This document shows positions 40,236 through 52,538 of a stretch of DNA of 64,000 nt, one piece after another. The DNA is taken from assembly GCF_000181795.1 (NCBI RefSeq), contig NW_003526943.1, forward strand, positions 2,551,666 through 2,615,665. The letters are read 5' to 3'. This stretch comes from Trichinella spiralis (taxonomy: Eukaryota). Position 1 is the first letter of the stretch; each line of letters starts with the position of its first letter. The position numbers and the translations under genes were made by a program. The notes under the pieces are model-generated. The model was given only the letters and a program-made list of their open reading frames with translations, had not been told where the DNA came from and did no database searches.

Positions 40236-43200
40236 ATGGCCGTTTTAATTGATGGCAAAAAGATCGCCTCACAGTTGAGACAAAAAATTCGAGATCATTT
40301 GTCCACAGTGAAAAGTGAATTTCCAAAATTCAATCCCAAACTGGCAATTGTCCAAGTTGGAGACCGGCAAGATTCGAACGTCTACATCCGGAACAAGCTG
40401 AAAGCGGCCGATGAAATTGGCATTTCAGCTCAGCTGATCAAATTGTCCTCTGCAATTGGGGAATTTGAACTGATCGACCGAATTGAAAAGCTGAACATGG
40501 ATCCGGATGTTCACGGAATTATTGTCCAGTTGCCTTTGGATGCGAGCGCTGAGATCGACGCTGAGAAAGTGATCAACAGCATCAATTTTGAAAAAGACGT
40601 CGATGGACTGACTCTGCACAATGCTGGTCGTTTAGCCAGGGGGGAACTTGAAAATACAATTGTCCCTTGTACTCCGAAAGGATGTTTGGAATTGTTGAAA
40701 CATACAGGTATTTGTTTGTTGTTTGATGGGATACAGTAAGCTTTTTCACAAAACAAAACAGGCATCAATATAAGCGGAAAACATTGCGTGGTGGTTGGAC
40801 GAAGTCGAATTGTCGGCGGACCCGTTTCGGCTTTGATGCTCTGGCAAAATGCTACAGTAACAACATGCCATTCGAAAACGGCAAATTTGGCTGAATTTTG
40901 TCAAAGTGCTGATATTTTAATCGTTGCTGTAGGTCGTCCGAACTTAATTCAAGGTATGAACAATTTGACATAAAAATTGCTGTATATATATATATTTATA
41001 TATTTGTATAAAAAAATTATTCAGGATCTTGGATTAAACCGAGAGCAGTTGTAATTGATTGCGGTATAAATGTTGTGGAAGACGATGAAAAACGTCTCGT
41101 AGGTGATGTCGAATTTGAGTCGGCTAAACAAGTGGCCAGTTTCATCACGCCAGTACCCGGTGGTGTCGGGCCGATGACAGTTGCCATGCTGATGTCGAAT
41201 ACAGTAGACGCAGCTTGTAGAACACTGAAGCGTGTGAAAAGGTGGCCGCTAACGCCGTACGAGCCTGTGTTGAAAAGTCCGGTTCCGAGCGATTTGGAAA
41301 TATCCTATTCTCACAAACCAATTTCCATCGACAAACTAGCGAATTCCATTGGACTTTTGCCTCACGAAGTGGAACAGTACGGCAAATTCAAAGCCAAAGT
41401 AGCCGAAATTTTCTCTTCACCTATTACTGTTCGATAGCTTTTACCTTTCAGGTTTCTTTGGATGTTTTGAATCGTTACAAAGAGCAGAAAAATGGTTCCT
41501 ATGTAATCGTCACTAGCATGTCACCGCCATCTCGAGGGGCAGGAAAAAGTACCATAGTGATCGGTTTGACGCAAGCGTTGAACGTCTATTTGAAAACGAA
41601 CTCATTCGCTTGTCTTCGTCAACCATCCCAAGGGCCTACATTCGGCATGAAAGGCGGTGCAGCCGGTGGTGGATATTCCCAAGTATACTTCTTTGCATAT
41701 TTGGTGTGTGTATTTTGTGAAAATTGACAATTGTCGCAGGTTGTTCCGATGGATGAATTCAATCTTCATTTAACTGGTGATTTTCACGCAATCGTCGCGG
41801 CGACCAATTTACTGGCCGCCGCCGTTGAAACCCGCCTGTTTCACGAATCGACATCCAGCACCGAAGCGCTTTACAAACGTCTGGTGCCGGTAAAGCATGG
41901 CCAACGAGTATTCACCGACAATCAGTTGAGTCGGTTGGAAAAATTGAACATCCAGCCCAAACATCCGGACCAGTTGAACCCCGAAGAGAGGGAACAATTT
42001 TCCAGGCTGAACATCGACAGCGGAACGATCACGTGGAACCGCGTGGTCGACACCAACGACCGCTTTCTGCGCCTGGTCACTGTGGGCCAGTCGCCGTCAG
42101 AAAAAGGCCACAGCAGACAGTGTCGGTTCGATATCGCCGCCGCCAGTGAAATCGCTGCTATTCTGGCGTTGACCACCGGTCTGGGCGATCTGAGGCGCCG
42201 ACTGGGTCGGATCGTCGTCGCCAACGACTTCCAAGGGCGGCCGGTATGCGCCGACGATTTGTCCGTCGCCGGTGCTCTGACCGCCCTGATGAAAGATGCG
42301 CTGCGTCCAAATTTGATGCAGACACTCCAAGGTACGCCCGTGTTCGTCCACGGCGGTCCGTTTGCCAACATCGCCCACGGCAACAGTTCCATACTGGCCG
42401 ATTGGATCGCGTTGAAATTGGTCGGCCAAGACGGCGTCGTCGTCACTGAAGCCGGCTTCGGCGCGGACGTGGGTTTCGAAAAATTTTGCAACATCAAAGT
42501 GACTAGTGATGGAAATTATTACAGTAATATATATGAAAAATACTCTAATTTCAGTGCAGAACTTCCGGTTTGTGTGCCAACGTCGCCGTGGTCGTGGTCA
42601 CAATTGAGGCATTGAAATTGCACGGCGGCGCGCCGGAACCACGCCCCACTGACGACTCTTCGCCAGATTTGTTGGCATTCGTCGAAAACGGCTGCTTGAA
42701 CATGATTCGGCATATTGAAAATATCCACAAATTCGGCACACCGGTCATCGTGGCCGTCAACAAGTATTCCACCGACACAACGGCCGAATTGGACGTCGTC
42801 AGACGAGAAGCGCTCCGAGCCGGCGCTTTGGACGTGGTCGTCTGCGAACAGTGGGAAAAAGGCGGTCTGGGATGCGTGGAACTGGCCGAAGCGGTTTCCA
42901 AAGCTGTTCGCCAACCAAAATCCACCCACTCGTTCAAACTTCTCTACCCTGACCAGTGGTCAATCAAAGAAAAAATTGAAACCATTGCCAAAGTTAGTCT
43001 TTTTCTTTAACCCCCTCCCCTGTAATTCAATTTTTCTCCACTGTCTTACTGTAGGAAATTTACGGTGCCGACGGGGTTGAATTTACAGTCGACGCCGAAA
43101 AGGCGCTGGCCAAATTGACCGACCAAGGTTTCGACAAATTGCCCGTCTGCATGGCAAAAACGCAAAAATCATTCAGCAACGATCCGAATTGGAAAGGCGT

Positions 43201-43369
43201 GCCGTCCGGATACACGCTGCCGGTCAGGGATGTGCGAGTTTGCGCCGGGGCGGGATTTCTGTACGCTCTGGTGGGAGAAATTCAAACAATGCCCGGCTTG
43301 CCGATTCGTCCGGCTTTTTTCGACATTGACGTCGATTTGGAGACGGAATTTGTCAAAGGCTTGTTTTGA
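40236..43369 (+). CDS. MTHFD1: C1-tetrahydrofolate synthase (trifunctional dehydrogenase/cyclohydrolase/synthetase)
   Basis: D/C domain ([64 protein letters not shown]) fused to FTHFS ([61 protein letters not shown]), ending VKGLF*. Confidence 0.96.
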
Positions 43370-44064
43370 TGTTTTTTTTCCTATACCAATTTTTGGGAAG
43401 GGATTACAAATTTAACGCAACAAATTATCATCTCAGAATGAAAATCATAGCTCACAAAATATACGGTAGAAGGAGTGGTCAATTTTTGTTTTTTTTTTTT
43501 GATTTTCAAGATGTACAAACGAAAAATATTAAAAATAATAAAATGATATTATTATTTTTGAAAAATAAAAAATAAATAAACATGAATTCAATTTATTTAT
43601 TTATTTTCACGTAATAATTTACCGTATGAGATTTGTTTAAAATTTCAAATAAACTTATTAATAATAAATAATATTACAGAAAATTTATATTTTTTAAATT
43701 GTATTCAGTTATTCACTTTTAAAAGACAAAAAATGCCCTTTCAGGATATTCAAGAAAATTAATTATTTGTTTTACGTTTGTACGTGTATGCGTGGGAGGG
43801 CGTCTAGCTAAGCATTACGTTGATGTGGCATATGTATGCAAATTTTTAATTTGAAATTCCACTCCGAGGTCAGGTCAGTGATTCGTGCGTTCGTTATCAA
43901 TCGAACTCGGCCGAATGGCGGCTTTGTCAAGCAGTGAAAAAGCGCATTTAGCGCTTGTCGGTTGGTTTCGAGCAGTTTTGTCCAGTTGCGGCGAAGCTTA
44001 AGCGATTTTCGATTTGATTTCAGTTGATCGATGTGAATTGGAATTTTTCTGTTTAAAAAACAAA

Positions 44065-45342
44065 ATGTCCACTTTGCTGGCCAATTGGAACGACGATACT
44101 GGACTGATGTCGCCGGACAGTCCGGCGTTTTTCGGACAATTTTGGCAAAGTGCCCGCGATCCGTCGTCCTCGGAACGTCCGAACAATTTCTACACCAACA
44201 GAACAAACGATTTGCCGACAAGCTTGTCGGACACTAATGGTCAACGTGAACAAGCTAATAACAGCAGCAGCAACAACAGCAACAACAACAACAACAACAC
44301 ACACAGCTACAGCTACTCCCACACGGAGAATGGATCGATGTGCTGCACGAAAACCGGTCAAGAGCAACAGTCGACGAACGTCTGGGATGCGATCAAATCG
44401 CCCAAATCGTACGAAATGCTTCACACGCCAACACCAATGTTCAACAGTCCGGGTTCGACGACGACCACGACGACGATGACGACGACGACGACGATGACGG
44501 CCAGCGGCGGCCTGGCGGAAACGAACCCGTACTACGAAGCGATCGTTTCGCCACTATCCACACCCTACTTGCGAATGTTGAACGACACCTACACCGACAC
44601 GACCCTGCAACCGTCGGATATTGTCCCATTGCCGGTTCTGTTGCCGGGTATTCAACTTTCTCAGGATACCGCTTGCCAGACTGAAACGGTCGAAATGATG
44701 GACGAAAAGACAGTGAACTCGTCGTCATCGTCGGCGAAATGTTCGTCCGGCGACAGCAACGGCGACAACCAGCAGACGTACACAATTGAAGAGTTGGAAG
44801 CTTTCGCGAAAGATTTCAAACAGAAACGCATCACACTCGGCTTCACCCAAGGCGACGTAGGCGTGTCGTTGGGTCGCATGTACAGTACGGCATTTTCGCA
44901 GACGACGATCAGTAGATTCGAAGCGTTGAATTTGAGCTTCAAAAACATGTGCAAATTGAAGCCGTCGTTGGAAAAATGGCTCCGCGACACCGAACAAGCC
45001 TGCAAGCAAGGGACGTTCGACATCCGACTGCTCAGCGAAGATTCGTCGACTTTTCCAATTCAACGCCGACGTCGCAAACGGTCGATCATCACCAGTCAGG
45101 CCAGACGTCTGCTCGAAACCGCCTACGCGAATCAGAAACGACCCAGCCGACGGCGCACGGCCGACTTGGCTCGCCAATTGCACCTCGACGAAGAAGTGGT
45201 GCGCGTCTGGTTTTGCAACCGACGCCAACGCGACCGTCGTCAACTGAGCGCCGAAAACAAACTCACAACTTGTGGCTTTTTGCTCTACACCCAAAATTCC
45301 CGTCTGCCGGGCAAAATTGCCCTCATCGACCCCAATCACTGA
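44065..45342 (+). CDS. Class II POU-domain homeobox transcription factor (Oct1/nubbin/ceh-18-like), intronless
   Basis: POU-specific domain EELEAFAKDFKQKRITLGFTQGDVG..FSQTTISRFEALNLSFKNMCKLKPSLEKWL (class II signature TQGDVG / ISRFEALNLS) and homeodomain RRRRKRS..VVRVWFCNRRQRDRR. The first ATG is at 44065, downstream of an atttcag acceptor. Confidence 0.92.
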   Translation: MSTLLANWNDDTGLMSPDSPAFFGQFWQSARDPSSSERPNNFYTNRTNDLPTSLSDTNGQREQANNSSSNNSNNNNNNTHSYSYSHTENGSMCCTKTGQEQQSTNVWDAIKSPKSYEMLHTPTPMFNSPGSTTTTTTMTTTTTMTASGGLAETNPYYEAIVSPLSTPYLRMLNDTYTDTTLQPSDIVPLPVLLPGIQLSQDTACQTETVEMMDEKTVNSSSSSAKCSSGDSNGDNQQTYTIEELEAFAKDFKQKRITLGFTQGDVGVSLGRMYSTAFSQTTISRFEALNLSFKNMCKLKPSLEKWLRDTEQACKQGTFDIRLLSEDSSTFPIQRRRRKRSIITSQARRLLETAYANQKRPSRRRTADLARQLHLDEEVVRVWFCNRRQRDRRQLSAENKLTTCGFLLYTQNSRLPGKIALIDPNH

Positions 45343-46607
45343 ATAACAAAAAAGAATCAAAATATTACCAATTTTCATCCGTCATCTTTTTATTATCATT
45401 ATTATTATTATTTGGGTTTTTGTTTTGTTTGTTTGTTTGTTTGTTTTTATTTTCTTTCGAGTCAATTGTTTACGATTACGTGCGTGCTTTTTTTCTCACT
45501 TTTCCGTGGAAATTGTTTCTTTTTCAATCGCGCCATTTCTTGTTACAAATTCCGCACTGCATCATTGTGTTTATTGAAAAAAAAATGTGAATAAAAACGA
45601 ACATTCTATTATTATTATTATTATTATTGGTTTTATTAAACTGAATGGAACGCTTTTTCTATTCGCGCTCAACAACTTTTTTTGTTTTTCATTTTTTTGT
45701 CCAACTTCAAGTTTACTGTAGTGTTGCGAATGAAAACTTCAGCAATTCAACAACTTCAGCTTTCACTATTCAACATTGAATTGAGCTGAAAAAGACAAAT
45801 TTATACACTAAAAGTTCCAAACGACAATCGACAAACGCTCTGAATGTTCACTTTTTGACTGATTGTTCAAAAAAGAAAACGTTAAACAATACTGGTGCAG
45901 TAATTTCAAATTTGGCAAGTAAGTAAATGTACATACAATTCAAACATGAACAAAGTGAAAAACGAAAGATGTTTTAAACAAGTTGTTTTTTACTATACTA
46001 TTCCAGTTTTTTGTTGAATTTAAAATTGATTTTATCAGTTCAATTCGTTTCTGTTGGATTTGTTGAATTGAATTTCCGTTTTAATCAAAGAGAAAAAAAA
46101 AGAAATTCATTTCCTCCTGCATTCGTTTTTACTGTAAAACTTATTGCGTTGTGGCATGTTATTCGAATCCACCGATGAGGATCCAAATCCATTGATTCAT
46201 TCTTCAAAAAATTTTATAAAATAAAATAAGAAATCAGAAAATAAAATAAAATAAAATATTGTTTTTTAATTATCTTAAAATTATGTAAAAATGTATTTTT
46301 TACGTCATGTGCGAGAAGTGATTTCAACAAAAGTTAGAATTTGAATTATGCAGAAATGGAGGGAAAAGAACAAATTTTCTAATTAATTGGAATCGATTTA
46401 TCAAATTTTTTTAGTTTTATTTTTTACACGATGAAATTTATACATTCCTGTTGATGATTGTATTTTTTAGTTTTTTTTACGTTGATCAATTTTTCGATTT
46501 GATTTTGTTGTTTTTATTTTTGAATAAAAAATTTTCTTTTTCTTATACTATTATTTTTCACAGAATTTATTGTTTCATTTCAAATTGGAAAAGCGAGCAC
46601 TCCATCC

Positions 46608-49600
46608 ATGTCCGAGGTGGAATTGTTTGCAGATGGGGAGAATGATGACCAGCAGCAAGAATTGGTATTTGAATCGGTTGATTGATTATTGAATTAAATT
46701 TACATTGTTGTTCAAAGATATATGAATTGTGTTCTGCTCGGTGGTGAGCTTGAAAGTTCAGTATGTGGAGTTCAGTTGGTTTTTTTTGCAGGCTGAAAAA
46801 TTGCGCATTCTAACGGAAAGTATTGTCGAAGATGAAAAAGAGAACCAACAATTGCGAGAAGAAAATTTCACAATTCGCGGCAAGCTTCAAACTGTTCAAT
46901 ATCGAAAACATTTAAATGACAAGTTTGTTGTTTTTTTGTTTTAAAATTATTTTTCACTTTTTTTACTTTTTTTTATTTACAGAATAGAAAGTGCCGAGAA
47001 ATTGATGAATACAGTAATGAACAAGATTGAAAAAGTGAAGAGTGTATTTGAAAAATGTAAGCATTTGTTGAATCAATTCAATTATTTCTCTCTGGTATGG
47101 TAATTTATTTTTCAGTGAATCAGATCAAATGTTTGAAAGTTGTAGAAGAGAAAGCTGTTTTGGAGTGGTATAAGAATTTAGAGGAAAAGGCACAACGAAT
47201 AGAAGAAGAAAATGAATTAATTTTGAAAAATAAAACTGAAGAATGTGCGTGTTTTTTTATTTTTTATTTTGGAAAAGAAGAGCACATTTCGAATGTGAAA
47301 ATTTTAATTTCAGTGAATGTGTTTTCGGCAGAAAATGCAGCAATGGTCGAAGCCCATGAAAAACAAATGTCTGAATTACAACACGAAGTGAGCTTTTGAA
47401 CATTACTGTTGTCAATTTCAAAGCTTTTTGTTTAAATTTGATTTGATTAATCTTCTGAGAAGATTTAGTTGTGTTTTTCAGTTTTCAACTTATTCATACA
47501 ATTTATGATAAATAATATTCGATAATTTGTTTTGTTTTTCACAGCTCGAAGGCTTAAGAATGAATAATGGAAATATTAGAGAAAGCAATGACGCAATGAA
47601 AGTGATGTTAAAGAATGCAGAGGACGAAATAAAATTGCATGAAAATGAAATAAGTAATTGTGCTGCATTCAGTTTTTGTTTTAAATTTCAATAGTAATAG
47701 AAAATTGTACAATTTCTTCACTTGTTTCAACAGCAACACTACGTCTGATTTGAAAATATTTGTTGTGAAATATGAATTTTCGTAAAAAGAAAAACAATAT
47801 ATTTTGCAGAAAAAATTGAAGCTGACATAGAACAAACCAAAGAAAAATCATTGGCAACAAAGCACCGCAACGCCAGGTTGCAGGCGGACATAGAAGAAGC
47901 GAAAGTTTGTATTTTTTTCCCCCTTAATCCATTTTGTCTGAATGAATTTTGATTGCATAGTCTGCTTTCAGAGAAGGATGGTCAATTTGACATCAACGTA
48001 TGATAAATTGCAGAATAATATAAATGAACACATCGCAACGCAAGAGCGGAAGAAAATATATTATGCTGAACGAGAAAAGTGCATGAAAGAACGTTTGGAT
48101 AAAATTAATTTGAAAATTTCAGAAATTGAACATGAAAAAGAGATCCTTTCTAAAAAGTGTTTTTTTAATGAAAAATTTGCATCTCACAATATTCTCTTTT
48201 GTATTCATTGATGTTTTTTAGGAGTAATGATTGCTTTGAAAGAAACGACCGTTTGCAAGCGGAAATAAACAACGAGAAAAACAGATCCAGTAAACTGCAA
48301 TTTATTTGGTGGAATTGTTTGTCTGTCAGGTGAATATTGCAACTGATTTTGTTAATTGCAGATCAATTGAAGGAAAAGTTGAATGATGCACGAAAGTGTA
48401 ATTGTGAACAGAATGAAAAAATGAATATTGTTAAAAAACGTATCCATGAGATGGAGTTGAAAGAAGCTGAATTGCAAAGAGCAATTGAAGCTGAAACTGT
48501 CGAATTGGAACGATTAACCAAAATCAGCGATGATACAGTGGAAGCGTTGGAAAAGCAAGATGAAGAGATCAGAATTCTTGAAGCTAAAATTGCCGAAAAG
48601 CAGAACGAGCTGGATTGCATTTGCAAAACTCGTGAAGAGAAAAGAGAAGCATTGTTGCGTGAACAGAAAAAATTGAAAAAAATGGAATTCATTCGAAATA
48701 TGAAAGTCTGGAAAATGGGCATTTTTGCAAGATATTTGTTGTATTTCTTCTATATTGTTGTTGTAGAAGTTGAAGATGGCTAAATTTTTGGAAAAAGCTA
48801 AGAAGCGAACCGCTGAGTTGATGGCAAATTTGCAATCGATTGCGAAAGATCAAGAGCAACAGTTTGCAGATATTACGGAAAAAGTATATCAATTACAATA
48901 TGCATATATATAAGTGTGTATTTCAGCTTTTTACTTTCAAAATCAAACCTATACGCTTATTTACTTCTTCATATTTGATTACAATGTACAAACGATATAA
49001 ATTTATTACAAATAATGATGAAGCGAAACATTTTTATAATTTTTAGCTGTAATAATACAAGATGCAAATATTATTGTTTTTTTAAAATAAAAAAGAAAGA
49101 GTAATGAATTGTGAGATTTATTCTAATTTTGCAGATTTCGGAACGTGAAGAGCAAACCATGAGAATTGAATCCAAGATACTTGAATTATGTGAAAAAGTT
49201 AAATTGCGCAAAAAGCAAATTATAGAAAGAAGAAAAATAAAAGAGGCAAGAATTCGATGATTTCTTCTTTTTTTGTTACATTTAATTAAGACTTACACCA
49301 TATATATGTTATTTATTTATTTAAGCAAGAGGCTCGTGAATTGTTGAATAAGAAGAAAGCAGAAATTGCTGCATTGAAAGAAAAAATTGCACAAGAATCA
49401 GAAGAAGTCTCAAACGATATTTGTTTTCTTTTTCCTGCTGTTCGCTTTTGTAGCTTGAATAAGGAAATATTTAGATTTGCGCGTTGGCAAAATATGAAGT
49501 GGAATATCAGTACTTGAAAATGAAATTACTGAAAGAAGAAAAGCAATTAGTTCGTTGCAAAAGAGATGGCTAATATTTTATACTGAAGTTGTCATTTTCA

Positions 49601-51127
49601 GGCATATGCAAATGAGGCAAACAAGGCGCTCTGTGAAAATATGTGTGAAAATGAAATTCTTGGCGTTTCTCCCACGGAAAGCAGTGATCCATTGGAAACT
49701 TCAGAAGCTTCGTCAGAGGTAGTAGTTTTACATTTGTCATCTCTGGGTTTTTTATATAAATAATTGAACACATATTAATTTATAGTATGAAATATATATA
49801 TTTTTTTTTATTTTTGAAATTTCATTGAAAGTATTTTTTCCAAGTTTGGTTAAATAAAGTGCGCGACTGGATGATGATGCGCATCTTGGAAAAGCAAAAA
49901 ATAATATTTTGTAATATCTGTTTAGAGAAATGTCGCGTGTGTTGAAAAAGTGGGAAGGAAACCTACTCCAGTGATTCAGACGGCAACTATTCCAATCATC
50001 CCGGACGGAAGTAGTAAGCGACAAATTGGGCAAAAGCGAAACGTTGAAATTTCAAATGAACATTTGAACATTTCCAATTCTCCGGAAATTGCAAAAAAGC
50101 AAACCAAAATGAATTCCACGCTAGAATGTACTGAAAATGGTGAAAGATGATTTTTGAATATTTGTTTTTTGAATAATTTTACCTTATCTTTCTTTTCAGC
50201 TATTTCTAGTCCATCGTCGTTCCGCGTCGCAATTATCCCACCCCATTCGGTAACATTTTAAATAAATTAATTGCATATTTCTTCAAATTGTGTGGAAAAT
50301 TGTTTCCACTTGTTTTAGACCAAATCACACACTACCACGTTATTGACAACAATGCCGGATGTACAGCAGCAACTAGCAGCCATCAAATGTTCTGAAGGAA
50401 GCGAAACTCTCGTAATAGCTGTTTTGGCAAATTTATTTCCATTATAAATTTCAATATGCGTTTTTTCGCCTTGTTTGTTTGTTGTTGATTCACTGATTAT
50501 TTATTTGCAGGGTAATGCGGAAAAGCGAACTTTATCGAAAGCATTCAAAAAAAGTGTCGTCACTTCTGCTCGTGATACAACTCCAACTCATCATCATTCG
50601 CCACCATCTACGCAAGGTATTGTTGTTTATTGAACGATAGTGAAAAGTGAACAATTATTATTTATTAATTTTTGTTTCAAGAAAAAAGTCCAATCTCAAT
50701 TGCATCATCCGTGTCAGAGCAAGTTGTAGATTTGGAGACATTTTTGGTTTGCAATTTTTCATTTCCACAGAAGTTCACCGTCAGAGAATGAGAATCAATT
50801 TTGCATGTCTGTTTCAGAATATGAAAAAGAACAAATCGAAAATTGGCACAGGACGAAAACGAAACGAAAAATCAGCTCCGAATTCTAATAAAACTAATAA
50901 ACAAAATACAGTACACAATTTATTTTTTGATCATTATTTGATTGATGATCGACAACTTTATTGGATAATTTTTCGTTGCCTATTTTTAGCCTTCTCATCC
51001 AGAGGCGTTGTTTGAAGAAAATACATCACCTGGATTGGTATCTTTTTTCAAAACTCGCCCTCCTCAGACTGATGAAAAAAGGCCCAAGCGCAGAGTTTCC
51101 AATCGAAACGTTTCACGGCAGAAATAA
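46608..51127 (+). CDS. Long coiled-coil protein with S/T-P-rich basic C-terminal tail (multi-exon, family unknown)
   Basis: A consistent chain of exons runs from MSEVELFADGENDDQQQEL through E/K-rich heptad exons (e.g. 48362-48705) to disordered exons (PTPVIQT, NSPEIAKK, ISSPSS, DTTPTHHHSPP, KSPIS) and ends ..KRPKRRVSNRNVSRQK* at 51127. Confidence 0.75.
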
Positions 51128-51973
51128 TTCACTCTTCGGTTTCATGCTGTTTGCAGACGCATGTGGGTTTTTGTATTTGAAAAATTTTTGTTTCTTTTCT
51201 TCTTGTTTTGGTTATTAAAAAATTTAATAAATTTCATAAAATTTGTCGAATCAATTCAATAGACTTTTATTCACCATTGTAATACTTTTCTGTTTTATGA
51301 TGATTCACTGAGCTGTTGCTGTAGATGTAGATGAATTTTGGGTTATCATTTGTGAAAGGCAGCTATATTATCTACAATTTGCGATTGTTTTCATTCACTG
51401 ACGTCGATTCTTATTACCGTTCTGCGGTGTTAAGCATTTGCTATTTTCAAGCGAATAAATTCACATGCCACGGTCTGATTCTAGGGTAGCTTTTTCTCTT
51501 TCTGGCAGTAAAACCAGTTCCCATTTCCTATAAATTGCTCAGTGTGAACTTTGTTACGAAATTCTCATGCACATTTAGCCATTATAAGCATGTCTGTGAG
51601 AGTATGTGATGTAGAACTGGGTTTTATAACGATCAATGTTACCATTTTGATAGTGCTTTATTGGAACAGGTCAAACGGAACGATGATGTAAACATCAACT
51701 ACAATTACAGTTAGTCGACAATCAATCATCACTACCTCAACAAAATTATTTAAACGATCTTACATATCTGTCTAACTAAGTTATTTATACATATATTATT
51801 TATTTATTTATTTATAATGTACTAGCATTGCCGAATCTTTGTCAATTACAATATCAATTCGAATTGTATTATATACAAATATTAATCGGATAATATGCAA
51901 ATCTACACACTCATTATTTGCATTTGCATATGCTAAAAGGTGGCATTAGCGGAGACATACACAACTGGTTGGA

Positions 51974-52538
51974 ATGATTCTCAGAACAAAAATTCATCGG
52001 TTGACAATTTTACTCGTCTTTATTTTTGCAGCTTCTTGTGCATTTTTGTCAGACGATGACACCGGTATGTCGTTGACTTTTTTGACTAGAAAGGAATAAA
52101 TGTTCAATTCATAGCTTGAATGTTTCAGATATTTTGAGAAAGGCCCGTGCGTGGATTGCTAAACACAGAAAGGACTACAGTTTAGCTTTTAGCACAAGCG
52201 ATGATCCTTGTGAAGTGCTTTACGATACGGCTAAACGACAGCTGAGATGGATCCGTAGGGAATATAGGCTGCCGTATTTAATTAAAAAAAATTATGTACG
52301 CGTCTTGCGGAAAATGAAACGGGTAATGTTATGCTCATTTTGCACTTCACATCTTATTTATTTTATTTTATTATCCATAATTAATTTGCATTATATATAT
52401 ATGTACGGACTATAATCGAATATTTTTGTTGTTGTTGTTCAGGTTGCTAAAAGGAACATTCGAATTAAGAGAGGTACTAGAAGATGCACAGTTCTAATGA
52501 AATTATTTTTAACCGATTCCGCAGTCGAGTTTTCATAA
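51974..52538 (+). CDS. Small secreted highly basic protein, 3 exons, ~126 aa
   Basis: Exon 1 encodes a signal-peptide-like MILRTKIHRLTILLVFIFAASCA. A phase-1 intron (gtatgt..tttcag) and a phase-0 intron (gtaatg..ttcag) join in frame to the stop at 52536-52538. Confidence 0.7.

Noticed and set aside
41809..45590. Many overlapping alternative-frame and antisense ORFs over MTHFD1 and the POU gene
   Set aside because: Expected by-product of high GC content and few stop codons; no recognisable domains.
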